This document shows, in pieces, positions 46,291-54,014 of a stretch of 64,000 nt of DNA (positions are counted from its first letter, which is position 1; each line of letters starts with the position of its first letter). The notes under the pieces are model-generated. The model saw nothing but the letters and a program-made list of their open reading frames with translations, did no database searches and was not told the origin of the DNA. The position numbers and the translations under genes were made by a program. Location: the NCBI GenBank assembly GCA_947085635.1, contig CAMTXC010000009.1, positions 1,425 through 65,424 of the forward strand, in the 5' to 3' direction. The stretch is from an uncultured Actinomycetes bacterium (GTDB lineage Bacteria; Actinomycetota; Thermoleophilia; RBG-16-64-13).

Positions 46291-48833
46291 GGCGATGCTC
46301 CAGGTCCGAGACTCCCAGAGCGAAGGGCCGCCGCCGCGGTCTCGGCTTGTCCGAGACAGATGCCCCCGTCGTTCGTTGGGACGTTGCGGTGTCGAAGGAC
46401 CCGAAGGCCCTTGTGCTCCAGGCGCGTCGCCAGGAGGTCGGTGAAGAGGGTGTTCTGGAACACTCCGCCGCTGAGGGCCACGGTGTCGAGTGAGTGGTCC
46501 GCCGCGGTTCGCGCGGCCACGAGGGCGAAGACCCATGCGAGGGCGTGATGGAACGCCGCGGCGGTCTCCTCTCGTGACCTGCCCCCCGCAACGTCCTCGA
46601 GGAGGGCTCGGGCGTACGGCTGGAGGGGAAGGAGGAGCATCGGAGCATCGGTCCCCGAGGCGGGCGAGTCGGGCGCGTCGGGCGCCGAGGCCGCGGTGAT
46701 CCAGCCTGCCTCGTCGTCGAGCCACCGGGGCCGGCGATCGGGTGCGGGGAGGCCGTTGCGCGAGAACCACTGTCGGGCCGCGGTCTCCAGCATGATGGCC
46801 GCCTGCCCCTCGTAGCTCACCTCCTGACGGATGCCGAGGAGCGCCGAGATCGCGTCGAAGAGGCGTCCCGCCGACGACGTCAACGGCGTGTTTAGCTCGG
46901 CGCGTGCCGCCTGGAGCACCAGCTCCCACGGCCGCTCGAGGAGCTCGCCGCCTCCGGGGAGCGACGCGTCCGGTTCCCGGCCGCATGACTCCAAGAGCAC
47001 GATCGCGAGTCGCCAGGGCTCGCGCACGGCGGCGTCACCTCCCGGCAGAGGCAGGTGGTCGAGATGGGCCACGCGCTCGAGCGATCCCGCGGCGCCCACG
47101 AACACCTCTCCGCCCCAGATGGTGCCGTCGGGACCGTAGCCGGCTCCGTCGAGCGCGAGGCCGACGACGGGCCCGTCGTGCCCAACATCGGCCAGCACCG
47201 AGGCGATGTGGGCCTCGTGGTGCTGTATGGGCAGGAGCGGGAGCCCGTGCTCGGCCGCGAAGCCACGGGCGAACCGGCTCGACAGGTAGTCCGGGTGAAG
47301 GTCGTGGGCTACCAGCGAGGGTTCGAGCCTGAAGAGACCCTGGAAATGCGCTACCGCTTCCTCGAGTGACCGGAGTGTCTCAAGGTTCTCGAGGTCGCCG
47401 ATATGGTGGCTGACGAACGCGCGTGCTCCACGGGTGATCGCGAAGGTGTTCTTGAGGTGGCCGCCCACCGCCAGTATCGACCGATCGGAGCCGCTGAACC
47501 TCACCGGCAACGGTGCCCACCCTCGCGCCCGCCGCAGTAGGTAGGGCTCCCCGCGGAACATGCGGGCCACCGAGTCGTCGGTGCGTATGTGGATCGGCCG
47601 GTCGTGGCTGAGGAACCCGTCGGCCAAGGGGCCGAGCCGCCGTTGCGCGTCTTCGTCGTCGTAGGCGATGGGTTCGTCGCTGAGGTTGCCGGAAGTCATG
47701 ACGAGGGGGACGCCAACCTCTCGCGATAGTAGGTGATGGAGCGGGGTGTAGGGGAGGAACAGGCCGTACGTGGTCACGCTCGGAGCCACCGAGGGGGCGA
47801 GCCGGGCGGTCGAGTGGGTATCTCGGTCGTCCGGCGGAGTGGGTGGGCCGTCCGGCGAAACGGGTAGGCCGTGACGCTGTTCGAGCAGTACCACAGGACG
47901 CCTCGTAGACGTGAGGAGCGCCGCCTCTTCCGGTGAGACCACGCACAGCCGTTCCGCCGCATCGAGAGAGTCCACCATTACGGCGAAGGGCTTCTCGTCG
48001 CGGTGCTTGCGCGCACGCAGTGTGGCCACGCTCCCTTCGTTGGTGGCGTCGCAGGCGAGGTGGTAGCCGCCAAGGCCCTTCACCGCCACGATGCCGCCGC
48101 CCTTGAGTTCCGCGACCGCCCTTGTGAGCGCCTCCTCGCCGCGCCAACGGGGCGCCTGGGCGACTGCCCGCGTCGCGCTCGGTCCCTGGGCCGCGGCGAG
48201 GTGGTCGGGGAGGCGGTCGGGGCGAGGGTGGTACGCGAGCGTGGGGCCGCAGGTGGGACACGCGTTGGGCTGGGCGTGGAATCGGCGGTCGGCGGGATCC
48301 TCGTATTCGGCGGAACAACGGGCGCACATGGTGAAACCGGCCATAGTCGTGCCCGGACGGTCGTAGGGCACCGATATGGTGATGGTGAAACGTGGCCCGC
48401 ACGAGGTGCAATTGATGAACGGGTACCGGAAGCGACGGTCATCGGGATCGAAGAGCTCCTCGAGACAGTCGGCGCACGTGGCGGCGTCGGCGGTCACCAG
48501 GGTAGCCGAGCCGGCTTCGCCGGTGCTCGGAGCGATCGAGAAGTCGGACCACGAGCCTACCGACGCAGCCGTCGCCACGACCGACTCGACGAGGGCGAGC
48601 GGTGGGGCGTCGTCGGTGAGTCGCCGCACGAACGACCCGATCCGATCAGAGGGCCCTTCCACCTCGATCTCCACGCCCTCCGAGGTGTTCCACACCCGGC
48701 CACACAGGCCGAGGGCGATGGCGAGCGCGTGCACGAACGGGCGGAACCCGACTCCCTGCACGGCCCCTCGCACCGAGATCTTCCGTGAGATGGTCGAAGT
48801 GCCGCCCCCGCAGTCGTGTGCGGCTGTATCCAT
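46287..48833 (-). CDS. hypF: Carbamoyltransferase HypF
   Basis: It has an acylphosphatase domain (RGAVQGVGFRPF), two zinc fingers (CADC...CTSCGPR and CARC...CPTCGP), a YrdC-like domain (VKGLGGYHLACDA) and a Kae1-like C-terminal domain. Low-complexity insertions bring it to 848 aa. The start is the ATG at 48833, and the track start at 49310 overlaps murI. Confidence 0.93.
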   Translation of the reverse strand: MDTAAHDCGGGTSTISRKISVRGAVQGVGFRPFVHALAIALGLCGRVWNTSEGVEIEVEGPSDRIGSFVRRLTDDAPPLALVESVVATAASVGSWSDFSIAPSTGEAGSATLVTADAATCADCLEELFDPDDRRFRYPFINCTSCGPRFTITISVPYDRPGTTMAGFTMCARCSAEYEDPADRRFHAQPNACPTCGPTLAYHPRPDRLPDHLAAAQGPSATRAVAQAPRWRGEEALTRAVAELKGGGIVAVKGLGGYHLACDATNEGSVATLRARKHRDEKPFAVMVDSLDAAERLCVVSPEEAALLTSTRRPVVLLEQRHGLPVSPDGPPTPPDDRDTHSTARLAPSVAPSVTTYGLFLPYTPLHHLLSREVGVPLVMTSGNLSDEPIAYDDEDAQRRLGPLADGFLSHDRPIHIRTDDSVARMFRGEPYLLRRARGWAPLPVRFSGSDRSILAVGGHLKNTFAITRGARAFVSHHIGDLENLETLRSLEEAVAHFQGLFRLEPSLVAHDLHPDYLSSRFARGFAAEHGLPLLPIQHHEAHIASVLADVGHDGPVVGLALDGAGYGPDGTIWGGEVFVGAAGSLERVAHLDHLPLPGGDAAVREPWRLAIVLLESCGREPDASLPGGGELLERPWELVLQAARAELNTPLTSSAGRLFDAISALLGIRQEVSYEGQAAIMLETAARQWFSRNGLPAPDRRPRWLDDEAGWITAASAPDAPDSPASGTDAPMLLLPLQPYARALLEDVAGGRSREETAAAFHHALAWVFALVAARTAADHSLDTVALSGGVFQNTLFTDLLATRLEHKGLRVLRHRNVPTNDGGICLGQAETAAAALRSGSLGPGASP

Positions 48834-48840
48834 GGGGCGC

Positions 48841-48849
48841 ACTGTACCA
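48841..48849 (-). promoter_or_regulatory. Extended -10 element TGgTACAGT 7 nt before the hypF ATG (predicted leaderless)
   Basis: The reverse complement of ACTGTACCA was read directly. There is no Shine-Dalgarno between it and the ATG at 48833. Confidence 0.45.
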
Positions 48850-48915
48850 TGGGGAGAGCCGCCTCCCAGGCTCACTTCCCGCGAGGCGTCGTGCGGCGGG
48901 CGGGTCGGCGCCTTC

Positions 48916-48924
48916 TGATAGAAT
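48916..48924 (+). promoter_or_regulatory. Extended -10 element TGaTAGAAT 8 nt before the murI ATG (predicted leaderless)
   Basis: Read directly. The intervening CCGGCCCC has no Shine-Dalgarno. Confidence 0.5.
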
Positions 48925-48932
48925 CCGGCCCC

Positions 48933-49820
48933 ATGAAGCCCGAACCCGCACATGCGTGCCACGGCCGCACGGATCTCACCGTCGACGACGAGGCGTTTGA
49001 CGCGCGACCGATCGGGGTCTTCGACTCTGGGGTCGGGGGGCTTACGGTGCTTCACGAGTGCCTCGTCAACCTGCCCGCCGAGGATTTCATCTACCTGGGC
49101 GACACGGGCTTCTTCCCCTACGGGTCGAGATCGCTCGACGAGGTGCGGTCGCTCGCCTTCCGCAATGCGTCGTTCCTCGTGGAGCAGGGGGTGAAGCTGA
49201 TCGTCGTGGCGTGCAACTCGGCCGCCGCCGCCGCGCTTCCGCAGCTGCAGGCGGCGTTCGAGACACCCATCGTGGGCGTCGTGATGCCCGGCGCCCGAGC
49301 CGCGGTCCAAGAGACGCGTTCCCGCCGGGTGGGCCTCATGGCCACCGAGGCCACCGTGCGTTCGGAGAGCTACCAGCAGGCTCTGCGGTCACTGGACGCC
49401 GGCGTGGAGGTCTATCCGGTCGAATGCCCGCGCCTTGCCCCCCTGATCCAGGAGGGCGACGTGTTCTCCGAGGAGGTGGAGGAGGCCGTGAGGGAGTACG
49501 TCGGCCCGCTCAAGACGAGCGAGGTGGACACGGTGATCCTCGGATGCACCCACTACCCGCTGATCACTCCGATGCTGCGGCGCCTTCTTGGTCCGCGGGT
49601 GTCGTTGGTCAACTCGGCGGAAGAGATAGCTCGAGAAGTGGGGGAGATCCTCGAACGGAAGGGTGTCGGCAACAGAGCGGGACGCGAGGGGGGGTATCGC
49701 TTCTATTCCACGGGAGACCCGGAGTCCTTCCGGAGAGTGGGCGCTCGGTTCCTCCAATTGCCCATACGGGAAGTCGTCCATTGGGAGGCCGGAGCGACGG
49801 CCGTCGCCTCGCTCGACTAG
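48933..49820 (+). CDS. murI: Glutamate racemase
   Basis: Key motifs are GVFDSGVGGLTV, VVACNSAAA and LGCTHYP. The start is the ATG at 48933 (MKPEP...), and the track start at 48816 overlaps hypF. Confidence 0.93.
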   Translation: MKPEPAHACHGRTDLTVDDEAFDARPIGVFDSGVGGLTVLHECLVNLPAEDFIYLGDTGFFPYGSRSLDEVRSLAFRNASFLVEQGVKLIVVACNSAAAAALPQLQAAFETPIVGVVMPGARAAVQETRSRRVGLMATEATVRSESYQQALRSLDAGVEVYPVECPRLAPLIQEGDVFSEEVEEAVREYVGPLKTSEVDTVILGCTHYPLITPMLRRLLGPRVSLVNSAEEIAREVGEILERKGVGNRAGREGGYRFYSTGDPESFRRVGARFLQLPIREVVHWEAGATAVASLD

Positions 49821-49913
49821 GACGTTGTGGAAGCGACAGTCCCCGCTTCTCGTGGGGCGACGGATCATCCGGAGGCGGGCTTCGCTCGCGGGAACAGACG
49901 AAAGGTAGCTGGT

Positions 49914-50657
49914 ATGAGTTCAGGACCAGACGTGGTAGAGCGTTCGCCCGGCGAGATGCGGCCACTGGTGATCACCCCCGACTTCGTGCGCTCAGCGGAC
50001 GGCTGCGTGCTCTTTGAGTTGGGTCGCACCCGCGTGCTCTGCACGGCCAGTATCACGGGCGGTGTCCCGCGCCGGCTGCGCGGGACCGGGGGAGGGTGGC
50101 TCACAGCGGAGTACTCTCTTCTACCGGGGTCGACGTCCGAGCGCTCGTCGCGTGAGGCGGTGAGCGGGCGTCAGGGTGGCCGCACTGTCGAGATCCAGCG
50201 CCTGATCGGGCGTAGCCTTCGGGCGGTGACCGATCTCTCACTCTTGGGGGAGCGAACGGTGTACGTCGACTGTGACGTGATCGAAGCCGACGGGGGCACG
50301 CGGTGCGCCTCGATCTCAGGTGGATACCTCGCGCTGTATCTCGCGCTGAAGCGGGCGGTCGACCGGAAGATGATGAAAGTCATGCCGCTCACCGACTCCG
50401 TGGGGGCTGTGAGTGTGGGGCTCTTGGGAGGCATGCCGTTCCTCGACCTGGACTACGCGCAGGATTCGACGGCCGACGTCGACATGAACGTGGTGATGAC
50501 CGGTAGCGGGCGCCTGATCGAGGTGCAGGCCACCGCCGAGGGAGAAGCGTTCGATCGGACCGCCTTCGACCAACTCCTCGACCTGGCCGCGGCGGGGATC
50601 GAGCAGATATCGGCCGCTCAGGCAGGTCTGGTGCGCCGGGCCTACGTGGCGGAATGA
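49914..50657 (+). CDS. rph: Ribonuclease PH
   Basis: Key sequences are MRPL..T......ADGCVL.E.G.T.VLCTAS, GRTVEIQRLIGR and DCDVI.ADGGTR. GAAAGG Shine-Dalgarno lies before the ATG at 49914. Confidence 0.93.
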   Translation: MSSGPDVVERSPGEMRPLVITPDFVRSADGCVLFELGRTRVLCTASITGGVPRRLRGTGGGWLTAEYSLLPGSTSERSSREAVSGRQGGRTVEIQRLIGRSLRAVTDLSLLGERTVYVDCDVIEADGGTRCASISGGYLALYLALKRAVDRKMMKVMPLTDSVGAVSVGLLGGMPFLDLDYAQDSTADVDMNVVMTGSGRLIEVQATAEGEAFDRTAFDQLLDLAAAGIEQISAAQAGLVRRAYVAE

Positions 50658-51292
50658 CCGCTGCGTCAGAGACGCGGACCGGCCTGCGGCTGGTCGTCGC
50701 CACCGCCAACCCGGGCAAGGCCCGTGAGTTCGGGCGTCTCCTGGGTTCGCACTTCTCCGTCGAGCCCCTTCCGCCGCACGTGGTGCTGCCGGAGGAGACG
50801 GGTCTCACCTTCGCCGAGAACGCGCGTCTGAAAGCGTACGGTGCGTTCGATTCCCTCGACGGAGCGGTGGCGGTGCTGGCCGACGACTCGGGTATCGAGG
50901 TGGCGGCTCTGGGCGGGCTTCCTGGGGTACGCTCCGCCCGCTTCGCCGGGGAGGACGCCTCTGATGATGCCAACGTTGCCCTTCTCTTGGAACGTTTGGG
51001 GGCGCGCACCGATCGTGAGGCTCGGTTCGTGTGTGCCCTCGCGTTGGTGCTGCCGGGCCCGCCTCCCTCGGGGGGACTTCGCGAAGCACGTGGCCTGCTC
51101 CCTGGTTCCGTGACGCACCACCCGAGAGGGCTTGACGGGTTCGGCTACGACCCTGTGTTCGTGCCGGACGGATGGGACATCACTCTCGCCGAAGCCGATC
51201 CCGAGAGCAAAGACCAGGTCTCGCACCGGGCGCGCGCCGTGACCGCCCTCCTTGAAGCGTTGCGGCAGGATGGAGCGTTCGCCGATGGATGA
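50654..51292 (+). CDS. rdgB: Non-canonical purine NTP pyrophosphatase (RdgB/HAM1)
   Basis: Key motifs are VVATANPGKAREF and GFGYDP.F. ATGA overlap with the rph stop. Confidence 0.9.
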   Translation: MTAASETRTGLRLVVATANPGKAREFGRLLGSHFSVEPLPPHVVLPEETGLTFAENARLKAYGAFDSLDGAVAVLADDSGIEVAALGGLPGVRSARFAGEDASDDANVALLLERLGARTDREARFVCALALVLPGPPPSGGLREARGLLPGSVTHHPRGLDGFGYDPVFVPDGWDITLAEADPESKDQVSHRARAVTALLEALRQDGAFADG

Positions 51293-51659
51293 CGCGCGAT
51301 TCGAGAGGTTGGCGGCGGAGGCGCTCGACTCCCTGCCCGAGGAGATCCTCGCGCACTTGGAGAACGTCGACGTGGTGATCGAGCAGTGGCCGAGCGAAGA
51401 AGACCTGGAAGAAGTCGGGCTGGCGGGAGAAGACCCCTCCTTGCTGCTGGGGCTCTATCTGGGCGTGCCCCTCACCGAACGCGACTCGTCGTACGCCGCC
51501 CTCCCCGATCGCATCGTGCTGTATCAGGGTTCGATCGAAGCCGCCGCGGGCGACGACGCCGAGGCGGTGCGCGAAGAGGTACGCGATACGGTGATCCACG
51601 AGATCGCCCACTTCTACGGCATCTCCGACGAGCGCCTGGAAGAGATGGGGTGGGCCTAG
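51285..51659 (+). CDS. Zincin-like metallopeptidase family protein (DUF1025/Zincin_1 type)
   Basis: The start MDDARFERLAAEALDSLPEE overlaps the rdgB end. An HEIAH (HExxH) motif lies near the C-terminus, followed by ...G.SDE.L. Confidence 0.65.
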   Translation: MDDARFERLAAEALDSLPEEILAHLENVDVVIEQWPSEEDLEEVGLAGEDPSLLLGLYLGVPLTERDSSYAALPDRIVLYQGSIEAAAGDDAEAVREEVRDTVIHEIAHFYGISDERLEEMGWA

Positions 51660-52417
51660 CTCGGCGGGGCGTTCGAGGAGAGCAGGAGCGCGGCGAACGC
51701 GAACGCGTTGTTGAACGCGTGGGCGAAGATGGGCACCCAAAGCGTCCCGGTACGGTGTAGGGAGTACGCGAGCACCGCGGAACCGGCGATAAGGGGGAGG
51801 AACGCGGCCACGTTCCCGTGCACCGCCGCGAACAGGACGGAACTGTAGACCAGCCCGCGCACCAGCCCCTTCCGGGCGGCCATGGCCTGGAAGACGAACC
51901 CTCTGAAGAACAACTCCTCGGCGACAGGCGCGAAGACGACGCCGGCCGTCACCAGAGCGGCGCGGGCCCACGGCCCGGCGTCGGCCATCGGGAACATCGC
52001 GGCCTGGTCCTGTTGCACGCCGAATGCGGCGAGTGCCAGCGAGACGGATCCTGACACCACGACGAACACGAAGCCGTACCCAAGGCCGACGAGAACGGGG
52101 CTTCGTGTTCCCGAGGGGCGGAGCCCGAGGTCGCGCCAGCCGGCGACGCGGCGCCGGATCACGACAAGGTACACGCCCGCGAGTAGCGCGGCGTCTGTCG
52201 CGAGTATGGCGAGGGCCACCATCCTCGGGTCGCCAAAGGAGCGGGCTCCGAATCCCGGCGTCGAGGCCGGGTCGCCGATGGGGCCGGCGAGCAACGCGGT
52301 GACGCCCGCTCCCACCACGTTCGCCAGGAGAAGTACAGACAGGACCACGGGCCAGGAGCCCACCCGGGAAAGCGGGGAGGGCGTGGGGGTAGGTTCGGGC
52401 TCCTCGCCGGTGTGCAC
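51656..52417 (-). CDS. CPBP-family intramembrane glutamic endopeptidase (CAAX protease/Abi)
   Basis: The protein is polytopic. The conserved motifs are EELFFRG, FAAVH and FAHAFNN. Confidence 0.88.
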   Translation of the reverse strand: MHTGEEPEPTPTPSPLSRVGSWPVVLSVLLLANVVGAGVTALLAGPIGDPASTPGFGARSFGDPRMVALAILATDAALLAGVYLVVIRRRVAGWRDLGLRPSGTRSPVLVGLGYGFVFVVVSGSVSLALAAFGVQQDQAAMFPMADAGPWARAALVTAGVVFAPVAEELFFRGFVFQAMAARKGLVRGLVYSSVLFAAVHGNVAAFLPLIAGSAVLAYSLHRTGTLWVPIFAHAFNNAFAFAALLLSSNAPPS

Positions 52418-52422
52418 GCGGT

Positions 52423-52800
52423 TCAGCGGGAAAGTCTGCGCACGAGCTCGAGCACGAGGCGACGGTCCACGGGGCGAAGGCGGCGGGCGAGTTGGGTGAG
52501 CTCTCGCACCTCCAAGGTCTCTTCCGTGTCGGCTTCGAGGGTCATTTGACCGGGCTCGAAGAAGGGGTCGTCCTCGTCGAGGGCCGCGTGATAGAGGAGG
52601 CGCCGGGCCGGCACCCCGAGGGCCTCGGCCACCGCTTCAACCACGTCGGTCGTGGGGTTCTTGCGGCCCTTCTCGATATCGCCCAGGTAGCTCTTCGAGA
52701 TGCCCGATTCGTCGGCGAGTGCCTGCAGCGTGAACTCCCGCTCTGTGCGGAGACGACGGATGGTCATGCCGATGTAATCTGCGAGTCGCCTGTGGGCCAA
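52423..52800 (-). CDS. XRE-family helix-turn-helix transcriptional regulator
   Basis: HTH_3 core IRRLRTEREFTLQALADESGISKSYLGDIEKGRKNPT. The start was assigned to TTG 52800, 5 nt after GGAGG. An ATG at 52767 is also possible. The gene ends 6 nt upstream of the CPBP gene. Confidence 0.85.
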   Translation of the reverse strand: MAHRRLADYIGMTIRRLRTEREFTLQALADESGISKSYLGDIEKGRKNPTTDVVEAVAEALGVPARRLLYHAALDEDDPFFEPGQMTLEADTEETLEVRELTQLARRLRPVDRRLVLELVRRLSR

Positions 52801-52894
52801 AGGTGCCTCCGAGCGGACCGTATCGCGGACACGCCCATCGATCGCGTGCACACAACTGATCGTGGGCCCGCACTCGAACGGTGACGGAGCAGAC

Positions 52895-52914
52895 GTCGGC
52901 CCCGCGGGGCCGAC
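52895..52914. promoter_or_regulatory. Perfect 20-bp GC-rich palindrome GTCGGCCCCGCGGGGCCGAC in the XRE/cytochrome divergent region
   Basis: The sequence is self-complementary when read directly. The flanking CAGAC...GTCTG extends the symmetry with a 3-nt bulge. Confidence 0.6.
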
Positions 52915-53072
52915 GCGGTCTGCGCGCCATGTGCTGCAGTCTATGGCGGTACTCCGCGGAATGCAATCAGGCGCCGCCTTGTGATGGGCCGCGCGTGAGT
53001 CTATGATTGTCGGGCGAGCGCCCCTGGGGGATCCGCAGCGACTCTTCCGACGGGCTTACATGGAGGTCTCCG

Positions 53073-53948
53073 ATGGCTGCGAATACGAAGGTCCGAGCGT
53101 GGAGTCTGTTCGCCGTCATCGCGACGATGGCCACCATCCTCGTGCTGTTCGCCGGATGTCGCGCCGCTACGGACGATCCCGTTCCTCCATCTTCGACCAC
53201 CGATTCAGGGCCCACCGCGACCACGGCCTCCACCGAGGACACGACCGGCGACTCGCTCGTGGGTGTCGAACTTCCCGGGAACTTCGCCCAGTGCCCCGAC
53301 TGCCACAGCCGGTTCGACGGGTCGGTGGGTCGCGACGGCGTCCTGGTCGAGCGTTTCACTCACGTTCTGCATCTGGATTCCGGAGCGTCCTGTCCCGATT
53401 GCCACTTGGTGCCCACCCATCGTGAAGACGGCATCGTCAAGCCTACGATGGCCAAGTGCTTCGGTTGCCACTCGCAGGACGAGGCGGATGCCCCGCCGGG
53501 CGCGTGTGACGCCTGTCACCCGCCGGGCTTTGAGCTGGTGCCCGTTTCGCACGGTGACGCCGATTGGCTCCCCGCGCCGGAGCGGCTCAACGCGGTCGAG
53601 GCACTGCACGCGGTCGACGGTCTTGGGGGACCCGAGGAGTGCTCGGTGTGCCATGACGACGACTTCTGCACCGACTGTCACAAGGTAGATATGCCACATC
53701 CGGGAGACTGGACGGCCGCACATCCGGCCACGGCGCGAGACGTGGGCGAGGGCGCTTGCGGCAACTGCCATCCGGCCCGCACCTTGTGCAACGAGTGTCA
53801 CCACACGGGGTTCGAGGCGGGAGACGTCCCTTGGACTAGGCAGCACAGGAACGTCGTGACCCAGAGCGGGGTGCTCCCCTGCTTCCAGTGCCACAACTCC
53901 ACTACCTGCGCGCACTGCCACACCACGGGAGAGTACAAGGCGTTCTGA
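53073..53948 (+). CDS. Multiheme c-type cytochrome lipoprotein with ten CxxCH motifs
   Basis: GGAGG lies 6 nt before the ATG at 53073. A signal peptide with lipobox (LVLFAGC) is followed by a Thr/Ser/Pro-rich linker. The ten CxxCH motifs are CPDCH x2, CFGCH, CDACH, CSVCH, CTDCH, CGNCH, CNECH, CFQCH and CAHCH. The last six form three CxxCH-x4/5-CxxCH pairs. About nine additional His residues could serve as distal ligands. Confidence 0.85.
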   Translation: MAANTKVRAWSLFAVIATMATILVLFAGCRAATDDPVPPSSTTDSGPTATTASTEDTTGDSLVGVELPGNFAQCPDCHSRFDGSVGRDGVLVERFTHVLHLDSGASCPDCHLVPTHREDGIVKPTMAKCFGCHSQDEADAPPGACDACHPPGFELVPVSHGDADWLPAPERLNAVEALHAVDGLGGPEECSVCHDDDFCTDCHKVDMPHPGDWTAAHPATARDVGEGACGNCHPARTLCNECHHTGFEAGDVPWTRQHRNVVTQSGVLPCFQCHNSTTCAHCHTTGEYKAF

Positions 53949-54014
53949 GAGAGCGGTTCGGCCCGAGCGCCGATCCCGAAGCGGCCGCATTCCGGTCGAA
54001 AGGTGAGGTGACCG

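Noticed and set aside
46291-46986. Upstream 232 codons of the 594-aa ORF containing murB, and likewise the 48834-49310 extension of the hypF ORF.
   Set aside because: Both extensions are Arg/Pro-rich and overlap hypF and murI respectively. The conserved domains begin at the trimmed starts, which coincide with a GTGA stop/start overlap (murB) or a -10 box (hypF).
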